A DNA stretch of 64,000 bases from Octopus sinensis (taxonomy: Eukaryota): assembly GCF_006345805.1 (NCBI RefSeq), contig NC_043003.1:26288001-26352000 (forward strand), read 5' to 3'. The position numbers were made by a program, and so were the translations under genes. The notes under the pieces were generated by a model. The model worked only from the letters and a program-made list of their open reading frames with translations, did not search any database and was not told where the DNA came from. Shown piece after piece: positions 51,251-64,000 of this stretch (the first letter of the stretch is position 1; the number at the start of each line of letters is the position of its first letter).

Positions 51251-51476
51251 TTACCACTTTACCAGGAATCTAGCAGAGATGACACTTATTCCCACTATAG
51301 CAGGAATATGGTGCAACAGGGTTAAGGCTTTTCAATTATTCCCAGTTTGTTGAATGGACTTTGAAAGGTCCAGACAGACATTGATGAGTGTTGAGAACTG
51401 AAGGCAAGAATTTAAAAGGTTAACATGTTTTGTTGTATTCCAAAGTTCGAGTTTAATAATGACTTCAAATTTTGAG

Positions 51477-51548
51477 TATGTGTGTGTGAGCACATGCTTG
51501 TGTGTGTGAGCACATGCTTGTGTGTGTGAGCACATGCTTGTGTGTGTA
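51477..51548. repeat. 22-bp tandem repeat x3 (TGTGTGTGAGCACATGCTTGTG)
   Basis: Direct inspection. Confidence 0.9.
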
Positions 51549-52000
51549 TGGCTGTGTTGCAGTTGAACACTTAGTTAAGAGGCTTATTAGGTTTGGTGAT
51601 AAGGGAGCAACCTGAAGCCTTAAAAGCCGACTCCTTCGATGAATTGTATTTTTATTAAGCTTTGTTACAGGTGGTAACCTGACTGACTGAACAAACATAT
51701 GATCAATAGTGTTCCAGTCATGGTCATCTCATCATTCTCTTGGATACCGTATGTAGGATAATTATTATTCAATATGGCCCCCTCCATTTTGAAAAGGGTT
51801 TGTAATTTGAGGGAGATTTGGTTGTTATTTCTCTAAAGTTAAGCAACAATGTAGAGGCCACCTCATTAGCTTATTGTAATGCAATGTATACAGTTTAGCA
51901 TCATTAGAGAAACAGCTGGAATGGGTTTTTAGGTAAAGAAGGGTGACCTAGATTAGACAGACTACAATAAACACCCTTAGACTTACCACCAGATACTTAC

Positions 52001-52149
52001 GTCTAATTTGATGGTGAACAATGCCGAGAAGAACAAATCTTCTTGAAAGGTAACACCACCACCAACAACAAAATCATCCATCCCACCCCTCAAAAGCATG
52101 AAATGTAGCCAAATTTCACAGGCCAGTTTTTCACAGTTTTTATCTGGTT
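52001..52149 (-). other. candidate exon (149 nt, phase 1 to 0 if coding)
   Basis: Long polypyrimidine acceptor ending cttttcctcttggtAG and consensus donor GAC|GTAAGTAT, with a second GTAAGT 13 nt downstream. One open frame: PDKNCEKLACEIWLHFMLLRGGMDDFVVGGGVTFQEDLFFSALFTIKLD. No homology recognised. Confidence 0.45.
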
Positions 52150-53959
52150 CTACCAAGAGGAAAAGAAAAAAGAGAAAAAAAGCAACCATTCAGTCTCTCT
52201 TTGCCGAGAAGCTTAAAGTTAATTAGCATTACATTACAAATTTTACTGAAGGTAACAGTTGTTGAGCTTTGTTAAATATTGGCACAAAATGATTGTATTT
52301 TGGCAGTTTTTCGGCAAAGAAACCAAAACATCAACATCATTATCATCATTGGGTTAACATCAGCCTTTCAATATTATTATTTATTTTTTCTCATTCCACT
52401 CCTCCCCATGTGCTGACATAGATTGGACAGGGCAAAATAAGTGAAAGTTTTGGCTAGATGGAGCATAAAATGGTGATGATGATAATTATAAACAGTAGGA
52501 AAGTTAATGCACATTCTTCATCCCCACTCCATACAAGGTAGTGGAAGCTGGACAAGATAGAAGAAAGTTTTGGCTGCATAGAATATTAACGGAATCATCA
52601 TCATCATCACATATTACAATAATGCCAAAGGGACAGAAGAGACAAGCACAAACCAGAAAACAATAGATTTTTGGCTATGCAGAATATTAACTCTTGATGT
52701 TGACCTGCCTGAGACTGATCTGAGTCCAGGATACAAACTTCCTGGTTTAAAGTGATTTAAATTTCAATCTTTGTGTGAATTTATTCCAAGCAAGTTTATA
52801 ATGATGCGCATGAATAGTTTTGGGTTCAATCCCATTGCACAGCACCTTGGGACTGTACCTTCTTCTATAGCCCCCAGTAGAATAATGCCCTGTGAGTGAA
52901 TTTGATAGACAGAAACTGTGCTGGAAGTTTCTCGTGTGTGTGTGTGTGTGTGCATGTTTGTCCTCCACCACTGTTTGACGACTCGAGTTGATTAATTTAT
53001 ATTCCTGTAACTAAGCAATTTGGAAAATGAAACAATAGAACAGATACCAGACTTAAAAATAAATACTGGAGTTGACTTGTTTGACAAAAGCCTTCAACGC
53101 AGTACCACAGTATAGCCACAGTCCTATGACAAACAAGTAAACAATAAAATACAGCCATAATTCCTTGTATTTTATGTTACCGAGCCATACTTGCAAGCTA
53201 ACATGGCCTAGTAACACGTATCATGCTTTTGCTAATAGTTTTAAGTGCTTTATTATTGTGAGTAGACAGAGGGCAAAACATCCAAGATATGACTGCTGGA
53301 GAGAGGTGCTTGTTGGCTGGTACATGTTGTAGCTAAGTAGACTGGAAGAACATAAAAATCAAGTGCCTTTGTCAAAGATAATGCGCTGCCTGGTCAAAGA
53401 ATTGCACTTAAAATCTTATGATTAGGAGGTGAACTCACAAACAAGTAGACCAAGCCTGTTTTTTTTTTGTTTTTTTTTGAGGGCTTGCCTTCATTGGGGG
53501 ACAGAAAACTCCACAAAGAGACAACCCTTTCCAACTGCACAAAGAAACAAGCCTTTCTAAGAATAAAAGAGCGCTTTTCACATTTATATGATTAGCTTTC
53601 TTGTGAATATTGGATCACTAATCACATACACAGACAAGATTGTTTCACGAAAAAGAAAAAGCTGTATGCCCATATAACAGCACTAATAGTTACTACTGCT
53701 TGTTATCTATGCCAGCTTCACTCAGACTTACTTGATGCACTCACATCTCTCTCACCCTAATGTGTATAACCTACACAGAGCTCAAAACAGGAATATGCAT
53801 AAGATACAAGACTTCTAGCTTAAGACAGAGATGGGAGTTCATATCCAGGACAATCATGTTACTGTGTCATTGATTGAGAAAGATGTCATTTCGAAGCCAT
53901 TTTGCTGTCTCATGGGAGCAAGAGTAACAAGATGCTGTGCTAACACCTTTAGGACAACA

Positions 53960-54370
53960 TCAAATCTTTTTCTAATTTCAGTGCAAGGCCAGCAATTTTT
54001 TGCTAAGGAGTCAAATTGATCATATTCATTCCAGTACTTGACCAGAACATTGTTTTATCAACCCCGAAAGGATGAAAGGCAAAATTGACCTCAGTAGCAT
54101 TTGAACTCAGAATATAGAGAGTCAGAAGAAATGCCACAAAACATTTTGCCTCACATGTTAACAATTCTGCCAGCTCACCACCCGAGGCATGAAATAATGG
54201 TTTTAAGTTTGGGAGAAGAGAGTAAGTCATTTACATTGACCCCAGTGGTCAACTGGTACTGATTTTATCGACCCTGAAAGTATGAAAGTCAAATACAAAC
54301 TCAAACCATAAAGACAAATGAAATGCCACTAAGCATTTTGCCTGGTATGCTAACGATTCTGCCAGCTCAT
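53960..54370 (-). mobile_element. two head-to-tail SINE family B copies
   Basis: Units at about 53965 and 54195. Confidence 0.8.
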
Positions 54371-57300
54371 TGCTTTTTAGGCATAAAACAATGGTAACGA
54401 CAGATTGATTAATAACCCATCAATGCCCATAAGTTAATGACAGACAATACATGGTTGTTCAACATGCTAGAAATAGCATCTAAATCTCTGAAATCTCACT
54501 GAGCTGTTTAAAAAAAGAGGATACATCAGATAAAAGTTATAGTTACACTATGAAAATAAAGTAGAATAAAATAAAACTAAAAAGAAACATATAGGATCAT
54601 TATGGCTGATCGCCCTTTGATCATAGATTGCTGGATCAAAGCTGGCCTGAAGCTAAACTGCAACAGCATTCAGTAAATACCCAAATTTAACCTTCAAAAT
54701 TAGTTTGCAATGTGTGATGTTCTCACCATGAGAGCAAAGTGCTTTTATCAATAACCTAATCAAGATTCCCTCTTAATAACAGAAGCAATTTCAATGAAAT
54801 TGTCCCAGATTTCATATTAATTCTCCCAAGTATTACATAGAAAGTGGCCATAATTGAAGCAAATTCTTTGAAGAGAAGAAAATAAATAAATACAGAAAGT
54901 AAAAATGAACAAAAAGAAAGCATTTATAGTATTCAGTGAAACTTTTAGAGGAGATGAAAGTATCACTAATAAATTAGAAAAAGAAAAATGGAAGGATTGG
55001 AACAGGAAATCAGCAGGACTTCATTCCCAAAGTGTCTGATTAAAAGTAGTGGACAGTAACTAGAATAAATAAAAAAAAAATAAATAAAAATTCCTGCCCC
55101 TGCTCCAGAAGAGCAAAGCTTCTTAAAAGGTAGTTTAATTGATTTATTCCCAATGACATGTTCCTCGTTTCATGCAGTGCAGTGACTTGAAGAAATATTT
55201 ACTTGGCTTCATTGATTCAAATGAATCATTACATGACATTCCATGTAGCAAAGACAAACTACCTTATTTACATCCCTCTAACTAACACCATCTCAGGTAA
55301 ACACACACACACACTTGATAGATTTACTGATTTAATGTATGGTTTGTTTTGTTTTGTTTTCTGGTACATATTGAATGGATTTGTATATCAGCACACAGTT
55401 CCGTTTAGCTATCATCTCGTATCATTTCATCTGAGCAGCTTTAGATTTGAACCACTTCCTCCAGAGACACCTTTGGATACCTTTTGCTCTATGTATTTAC
55501 TCATTGGAAAGAATCAACAAGAAAGCAGCTAAATATGTCTCATTTCATTATGCTGTCATAAAAAAAATAGGGAGGACACGTTGTGTAAAGTAAGTCCTAC
55601 AAACACTGTCTAAAGAAAAAAAATACAGAATAGTCATAAGTTTTATCTGTATCTTAGATTTGTTTGATTAGAGCTAACCTGGAGTTAGTTAAATAACAAA
55701 TAAGTTTCACAAACCAACAAAGGAGAATATATGTAGTCATACAATCTGCTCAAAATAGCAACCTAATCTCCCTCACAACACCTCACTGTCTTAAACTAAA
55801 AAAAAGGAAGAATTCGGACACCATAGCCTGAGCTACACTATGTCAGATTAACAAAAAAAAAAAAAAAAAAATCAGAACAGTCAGAGCGGGAATGTTTTTG
55901 GTCACAGGTCAGGGGTAACCTGGGGTTAAGCAAACAAACTGTAAGGTTTTATAGTCACGTTTAACTTATCTTAATCCGTAAATCTTCTTTAACTCTCTTC
56001 CCCTGCCATTAGCTTTCTCTTCATTATCTGCTCCCAAATTACCTTCTTACTCAGTTCAAATCAACTATTCACGCTACATATTCACGCCAGTGAAGCGTCC
56101 CCTGTTTCATTCACAAACCATTGAGTTTGGCACTTTAGATTTTTAAAAAATAGTAATATCCATTATCAACAGAGTTTAGTAGTCAATTTTAACTTTTATT
56201 TTATTGATTATCAACATCAAACAAAGCTATTGATTTCTAGTTGAGTTTTTTTCCTAAGACGTCAATGTTACATATTTAGAAGCAACACAAAATATATAAA
56301 CAAGCAAAATCATATAAGTGCTCTAAAATTTCACATTTTCTAAAACAGTTCTTGTTTAACCCTAAGTCAAAACAAAACCACACCCACCCATCCCAGTTCT
56401 CTAAAATGTTAGATTTTTTCAATCAGTTGTTACGTTATTTACCCAAGATCAGTCTTGATCAACAAGCCTTTAATAAAAAGTTTTTTTGTTAAAGCATAGT
56501 GTACTCTGTACTAAATTTGTCCAATGTGTCTTTTTTTTATGATGCTTGGGTGTGGTTTGAAGGATATTTGGTTGTTATTTGGAGCAGATCAGATGACCAT
56601 GTAAGAAGCTCCATTATTGGATCAACTGCAATCAGGAGATCAAAGGATTAGATATAATCTAAAAGATTGCAGGAGAGAAACATTGACATTTGCAGATTTG
56701 TATTTTTATGTAGAGAGTCACTGAAAGGAGATAATTGGGTTTGGCTGTTTGGACATTTAACACTTTTTGGTGACAGTAATTTTTGATATAGAAGGCGCAC
56801 ACATATACACACACAAACATGCATGCACAGAAATAGAGAGAGTGGGGAGGGACATTACACATTATTAATTGAACATGACTGATTGACAAACACTTTTCCT
56901 CTCCTCATTCAGAGAGAAATATCTTCATACACATAAAGAGAGATAGAGACAGAGAGAGAACAAGAGAGACATTAAAACGTCTGATGTTAGTGTCAAATCA
57001 GCGGTGCCAAACAGACAGCTCCAAAATGGCTCTGCCAAAACGTCCCATAACTTAGTTATTAGACTAAATGCTCTAATTAAATACAAAGAGGAAACTAAAT
57101 ATTTTACAATAATAACTCTCATTTTAGTAATTTGACATCCATAAATATGGGTTACTGTCATAGGTTAGCTACTCGGATCCAACAGACACATGATATAAAG
57201 CAATTTGATTATGACCATCCTATATTGTTTCAGGAAGTAATTCTTTTATCAGTCCATATTACCAATTTATTCTGAGGTGGTAGGATATGGCTTAAGGGAG

Positions 57301-59629
57301 ATTTGGCTTCTATTTCTAGGAGATTGAAGTGACCACTGTCTAGTTATGTCTATTAATATTGGTTAAACTATTGTGGCTGAAAAAAAAAAAAAGTGACAGG
57401 GTGGCAGAATCGGTTAAGCATTTGACCAAATATTATGTGGTAGTTTTAGCACTTTACATTTTAAGTTCAAATCCTACTGAAATCAGCTTTACTTTTTATT
57501 CCACTTGGAGTTGTGAAATTAATGAAATAAAGTTCCAATCTCACTCTGAGAGGGGAGGAATGATATAATTGTCTAATGCCCTCTTGTCAAAACTGCTGGC
57601 CTTATAGCTAAATTATGAACAACTTTTACAGTTGAGAAAATAATGGATCTGAATTTGTGTGAATCTGTCAGAGTAATGAGAACATAGGGAAGGGGAATAA
57701 AATAGGTGTTAATGTTTGAAAATTTGGGACATTTATTATATATGGATCTGGCATCTGTTTTGATGAGTGAGAGTTCCACTAGTTCACCTAGTGGTACTAC
57801 CAATTCATAGAATTGTAGTCTAAGTAGTTGAGTATCTTAGACACATGTTACCCTTAACATAATCCTCAGGCAGAATCAGTATGACCCACTGATTCTAAGA
57901 TGGTAGGGTGTGACAAGACTGGGCCATCAACTAAATGGTACTGTGACCATTAGAAAGATGTCTCCTAGTTCCTGTCATCCCAGTTTCCATCACAAGGCTG
58001 GGATTCAACTGAAGGCCATGCTAAAAGAATCTTTTAAGGTATTGCACAGTGGGATCAAATTTTAGAACATGGTTAAGAACTGAATGTATAAACTACTTGG
58101 CCATACCTGCACACATGGGTTCCACTGTTAGGCAATCATTAAAATTTTTAGAATTTATTACAGACTCTAAAGACAAAGATAGATCATCAGAAATAACAAA
58201 AAGGGTGACACATATTGTTCCAAGTTCTGCTTCCTCCAAGTTTATTCAACTACACTTATAAATCAACTAATTGACAAGACTCCCAAACAAAGGCATGACA
58301 GCCACACCATCCCATCTATAGTCCTGAATATGTTGTAGGTCAGATGTAGGATCACCAGGACTACATTTATCTAATCTGCTTATCTATATGATGAAATTTT
58401 GGTTCTTTATTAGGATTATGCTTTATTCTTCAAGTATTGAGAAGAAATTTTCTTGCTATACATTCTGCTTCATATATCGAATATTAATTTCATTCTGTTA
58501 TTCATATTATATGAGATGTTATGCAATGTATTCTTCCTTATTGCTTTTTATATAGTAAGTTGTAGTGTGAAGGAGATTTGGCTGCTATTTCTAGCAGGGC
58601 AAACGACCACAGAGAAATGCCTTTGTTGGCTTGTGATGGTGAGGTCAAGTATTTATAACTGATACAAAAACAGAGGAAAATTCCATATGTCAAACCTAAA
58701 CAAAGACCAAGTTTTGATATTTAGCCAAAAATTGGAAACAATTCAAAGAAGTTTAGAAAGCAATTGTTAATGACAAAATAGAGATTGCTCTCAATAGAAA
58801 GAGATCTGAATTAGGTGGTTATGGATAGAGGGGAGGGGGAATAAAATAAAAAGGAGCTCTGTAGTGATTGCATAAGAAAAAAGTATAGTAGTCATAGTAG
58901 ATGTTGTTCTCATTGCTTTTTAGCCTCCAAGTCTTACTGAGCAGGCCTACAATCAAAGACATCCAAGCTGTAGCCATCCTGTCTATTATTCAGACACCGT
59001 GTATCTCTAGGACTACATTATCCAACCCACTCGTCCATATTTAAGACATCATGGTATTATTTGGAGACTTAGCTTCTATTTCTAGCAGTTAATAAGTCAC
59101 ACAGCGATTCCCTTAATAGCTAACACATTTAGACCAAAGTTAGCCTTGACTGAGTAAAAAGACTAATGATTAAAGATGTTGCACCAACAACCATTTTATA
59201 TTTTTCTCAGACTGAATTGTTCAGGACTAAATCAATCACTATGTACTTCCTTATTTTTAGATAGATGGTATGATTTGACAGAGATCTGACAGCTATTTCT
59301 AACAAAGAGGCTCCCTTTGGCATGTACAAATGCAGAACCTGAATGGAGTTGGGTATAGGTGCTCAGTAACTCACTAAGTAGAAGTTTGAGTTGGAAATAT
59401 CTAGCTTTAAAAGCTGTAGCTCTGTGAACGGATATTTTTTGCCTTCTTGAAGGGCAAAGGTAGGCCAAGAATTGGGATAACGCTATACAATAATTAGATT
59501 AGCCTTTTGAATAACACATGAAGGCATGTAACCTAAAGGTCAGGATGTTGTACTCATGATTGCAAGATTGTGGTTTCAATTCCCAGATTGAGCAATGTGT
59601 TGTATTTTTTAACAGGACTGGTGTCCTGT

Positions 59630-60050
59630 TCAAGGGTAATGTTGTCAACTTAGGCACTTATATGCCATGTGAACTGAGTAACTGGCCCTATGATTCTCAG
59701 GGCTTGAGACAATACTAACTTTGGATAAGGGTAAAGACCCCTTTTGGCCATGAATGGCTATGGGATTGCACCTAGAAAGTTACTCTCCAAGGCACAAGTC
59801 TGAGCAAGGTTGTTTATTGAAGACCAGCAGTTGCCCATGTATACCAGCCTCCCCTCTCCATGCCACAGATGTTATCCAAGGGAAAAGTAAAGGCCAATAC
59901 AGCTTGGCACCAGTGACATCGCAACCCATTTCTATAGCTGAGTGAACTAGAGCAACATGAAATAAAGTGTCTTGCTCAAGAACACAGCATAGTCAGAGAC
60001 TCGAGCTCATTACCTCATGATTGTGAGCCTGATGCTCTAACCGCCAAGCC
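59630..60050 (-). mobile_element. tRNA-type SINE, family D
   Basis: gagcaacatgaaataaagtgtcttgctcaagaacac core shared with 20050-20100; reverse-complement tRNA-like head near 60000-60050. Confidence 0.65.
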
Positions 60051-61859
60051 AATACATATGGAAAAGATAAATAACAAAGGACATGGAGTTTAAGTGTTGT
60101 AGTCATCCCAATACAACAATTTTGGTCGGTGGTGGTGGTGGTGGTGGGGAGAGGAAAACTAATGTAAAATGGATAAAGACAAAGAGGAAAAGAAAAGAGG
60201 GAAGGGGGATGAGTGTTGCGATTAAAATAATAAAAGTTAATTGACAACCAAACCCAAGACTTTATCGAGATGGGACAGGTCTGTTTATGCAAGTCAGCAG
60301 AGTTTAAAATGTATGAATTTCTCAGAGGTGCCACTTGCATGACATGAACAAAAGAAAAACATCAAACAGAAAGTAATTAAGTTAGTGATGACACATTTAA
60401 TGCAGAGACTATCAAAAAGCTAAATAAAAATAATTAGGTGGTAAGGATAAAACAATATTAGCCATTAACTAATATTATTTCAATTTATTTTGGAAAACAC
60501 TGAACTGGATCCTGGACATATTTCAATCATATAACTGTTTATTTACTTTGTAATTCTCCCATCACTACTTCAGCAAGCATAGAAAAGTCTATGCTTTGCT
60601 GAAGTCATCAAACCAAAACATGTCTGGAGTTGTCTCCATTGAAATAATTAAAGCAACATTAGTCACTAACAAATATTGTTTATCCTCATTACATAATTAT
60701 TAGAACCTATGAAAATTCCCTGATTATTAAAAAAAATTTAAGATATTGTTTTTCTGAACCATTTGACTCTTGAGATGGCGTAAAAGTTCACATATGTAAT
60801 AGTGAAGGTGCAATCTTAAGGCCCAACATCTTTGAAAGCTATATTCTTATGTCTTGTACTTGATATCTTATTTTTTCCTGTTACATCAAGAAGTAAGTAT
60901 CTCAATTACAGTACAAAATCAATCTTAACTGTGAAACAAAATGAAAGACATTTTATTCTGCTATGGTATGTTTATAATGTTTTAACAAATCTCAATATGG
61001 TTATTTGAAGAGAACCATGAAATACACTATTTTGAAATTGTTGTTTTTCCATCTTGAGATGCTGTGTAGTCCACATAATACTGGAGATGCAGTTATAGGA
61101 GAAAACTATTGATCATCATACACTTCTACATTGAGAATTGTTATCTATATTATTTATCTTTACATCAAGTTGATGACAATCTTTCTTTTCCTACCTCTCA
61201 CCACTAACATCCTTCTCTCCCTTTTTGCCTCTCCCTTCAACTAACCATATAATAAACAGCATCACACATCTGGCCTTAGCACAGATTAGCATTTTAATGC
61301 TGCCTTGAGTGAATTATACACAACACTGCATTTACTTGATAACACATTATTAACTTGGGATAAATCATCTGAGTTGTTTTGCTTCAAGTCAGCCTTAACG
61401 ATGTAAATAAAGGTGTTCTATCCATAGCCATCTAATCTTATTTGCAGGTAGTATGTCTAGTATTATGTTCTCCATGGTCTCTTGCTTTTTAAGATTAGTA
61501 ATGCAAATTCTTCAAACCATGTAATCAAGTCATAAACTTTTCACTTGAAAACAAGTTAACGAGAAAGTCTATGTGGCTGCTCAACCTGCTAGAAATAATA
61601 GCCAAATTTTCCTCACATTATACTCATCATCTTCAATAAGAAAAGGATGTAGAAAATGTATATCCAGTCAAAGACAGGAAAAACAGGACCAATAACAAAA
61701 ACAACAGTAAGTAAAAACTGGGAGGAATAAAGGGCATATGTGAACATTTATGAATGTGTAAAGGGGTTTAGAAGAAAGCCTGTTGGTTACTGACACTAGC
61801 TGTTGTTTCTTACTAAAACATGAAATGGGAGTACCACAGTGTTGTACATGTCTATAAAC

Positions 61860-62200
61860 AGTGAAAATCATGGGGGGGGGGGGGGAAATTAAAGTGACTG
61901 ATTACAGGTGAGTGATCCGGTATTGTTGTACGAAATATATAAACAATGTTTCTTAAGACAGCCAACCAGTCTCTGAGCAGTTTCCCAACATGCATTAAGC
62001 TACGGGGTTGGCATTTAGTATTGTAGAGTGGCAGGAAAGCAGATTCTGATATTGGGAGCTGACCTAGAACCATGTAAGATAGCAATGATGTGGATGAAGA
62101 GATAGATGTAGTACAAGCAGGGACAGACAAAGGATCGAAGTTGGGAATGTGTGGTGAGGGAATGAAAGGATTGAGGACCACAGAGTAACCGGACTGTACC
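61860..62200 (-). pseudogene. probable degenerate Penelope-like GIY-YIG endonuclease fragment
   Basis: Across frameshifts: KCQPRSLMHVG / ETAQRLVGCLKKH / SPVISHFN...H, resembling the PLE pattern CxxCxxxYVGETxRxLxxRxxEH...PVAxHFN. Confidence 0.5.
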
Positions 62201-62769
62201 TGTGTCTAAAGCAAAGGTTCTCAACCCATTTTGGCCAAACACCCATCTCTGACCCTTGGAGTCACAAATCGCCCCACCCCACCCCACCCCCATATTTTTA
62301 CTTTTCAATATACTACTTATTTCAATATCAGCAGATAAGGATTAAAAAATAAAGGATGTTGTTTTACATATGCGCTTGTATGCAATTGGGAGTACAAATT
62401 GAAATGACACAAAAAAAACAAAACAAAAAAAATGAAATAATAAATGGTCTTATGAATGAAAGTTTGGTAATTGCATCACATGACACTTATGAGATCAACG
62501 TTTTGTTTATTGAATGATTGATCTTTGGTACAAGTAAATGCTGATTAAATCATATCCTGATAAAAATGCTGATAATGCCAATAAAAACCTTTCCGATTTC
62601 CCTTACCAAAACGGCTAGAATTTGTGCAACAATCTGACATAAGTTATCACCTGTGAAGAGGATTTTTTCTGCTCAAGAAAGAGAGTGTATTTGATAGAAA
62701 TTGTTGAAATACATATGTACTTCAGATGAGTAGAAAATTGTGGAGGATGGTATTCACTATACTTGGATC

Positions 62770-63930
62770 TAGCTAGTTTGAGTCACAAAATCAGCCCCCT
62801 TTTAAAATGAAGTGAAAAATCTGAAAATTTGTCATTTTACGCATTCATTTCTTATCCATTTGAACCAAAGAATTTGAGAAAAAATTTGATAAGAAAGTTA
62901 GACATTTAAAAACTGAAAAACTGTTTATTTTTAGCCAATAATAAACTTTCGTTGTAGCGAACAGTGTCAACTTTAAGGTTGTACCCTGTGTGACCTATTC
63001 ATTGTAGATTTCTAAATAGAGATAAATATCTTATAAAGTTATGTTTTTGTTTTTATTTGTTTTTTTTTTTGGTTATATTAATGTATTTGTTTGTATGTCT
63101 TTGGATAAATTTTTACAAGTGCACCTGCATTCGCAGCTATTTGCAATAACGGCGGGTCCTTTATCGCAAATAGCTGTTATGTAGTAGCAGAGCGTCTTAG
63201 AAATAGCAGTCAAATCTTTCCTTTTCTGGGTCCTGGGAAACATCGAGGTCCTCCACCACCTTCACCCTTTCTCCCCCCGCCCCCCAAGTGCCTAACGCCA
63301 GGTTTGGCAGTCAGATACATTGAATGCATGCAAAAATCTGGTTTTTCTTTTTTTCTTCCTTCCTGTCCTTACTGACAAACGTTCATTACATCCTTTCTTT
63401 TACTACACTTTTTTTTCAAGGGATAATACCATTTTCCTCGAAATAATATGCTGCATCCACCTGTTTTCAATATCTCCTTCAGACTGGTACAGTTAAATGA
63501 CTTGGATGCGGCCTTTCTAGACTTTTACCACCAAGCAAAAAGTAAACAAACACAGAAAAACTTCACAAAATATATGTAAAGTACTACGAAAATTCACGAA
63601 AAATGTCTAAAATACAGGTAATGTACATTTTATAAAGTTTTTGCAAAAATAAAATCGAAACGTACAGACAGACGAGAAGCGAGGCAAAATAGAATGTACA
63701 AGTTGTCATGTGTTGCTATAGTAACTAGCTGTTAATGCCTCGCTGTTTGTTGATTGGCTAAAATTACACAAATTTTCCAACTTTAATTCCAAATAACATC
63801 AGGTTCTTTAATTTACGAGATAAAGTAATTGGTTAAGTGTAATCAAAATTCCAAACTCCATCCATAGCCCAAATTTGAAAACAATCTGAGCAAAATTAAA
63901 GGGGGCTGATTTTGTAACCCAAACTAACTA
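62770..63930. mobile_element. Academ-like non-autonomous DNA transposon (1161 bp)
   Basis: Termini TAG...CTA. TIR of about 35 bp, tagctagtttgagtcacaaaatcagcccccttttaa versus reverse complement tagttagtttgggttacaaaatcagccccctttaa. 4-bp TSD gatc at 62766-62769 and 63931-63934. Subterminal inverted ttttagccaat at about 62930 and 63755. Confidence 0.7.
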
Positions 63931-64000
63931 GATCCTCTTTTCAAACTGACTGTCGCAGAGATGTAAAAATAAGGCTACTACTAGCGCCCTTCCCACAATA

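Noticed and set aside
55170-55290. FMQCSDLKKYLLGFIDSNESLHD, resembling kinase subdomain V
   Set aside because: Bounded by stops, with no in-frame donor and no other kinase motifs.

Overview
AT-rich, repeat-dense animal genomic DNA. The interspersed repeat families look like octopus (coleoid cephalopod) SINEs and MITEs; this is recognition from memory, not a database result. No protein-coding gene can be confidently identified, and nearly all ORFs in the track are translations of microsatellites, minisatellites or decayed transposons. Supported content: (1) degenerate retroelement relics, namely a CR1/Jockey-type RT LINE, two RTE-type 3' fragments and a probable Penelope GIY-YIG fragment; (2) a Tc1 5' relic and several non-autonomous DNA transposons with readable TIRs and target-site duplications (hAT 8 bp, piggyBac TTAA, Mutator-like 9 bp, Academ-like 4 bp); (3) many copies of tRNA-type SINEs, one family stacked head-to-tail; (4) a 21-bp and a 38-bp minisatellite plus many microsatellites. 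A few short candidate exons occur on each strand, so the window is probably a very large intron or intergenic region of unresolved orientation. The most unusual signal is a set of perfect or near-perfect local inverted duplications: a 103-bp exact inverted copy 3.1 kb from its source, a 31-bp perfect hairpin within a double hairpin, and a 63-nt near-perfect hairpin. These look like template-switch products and would form dsRNA if transcribed. No rRNA, tRNA gene or CRISPR array is seen.
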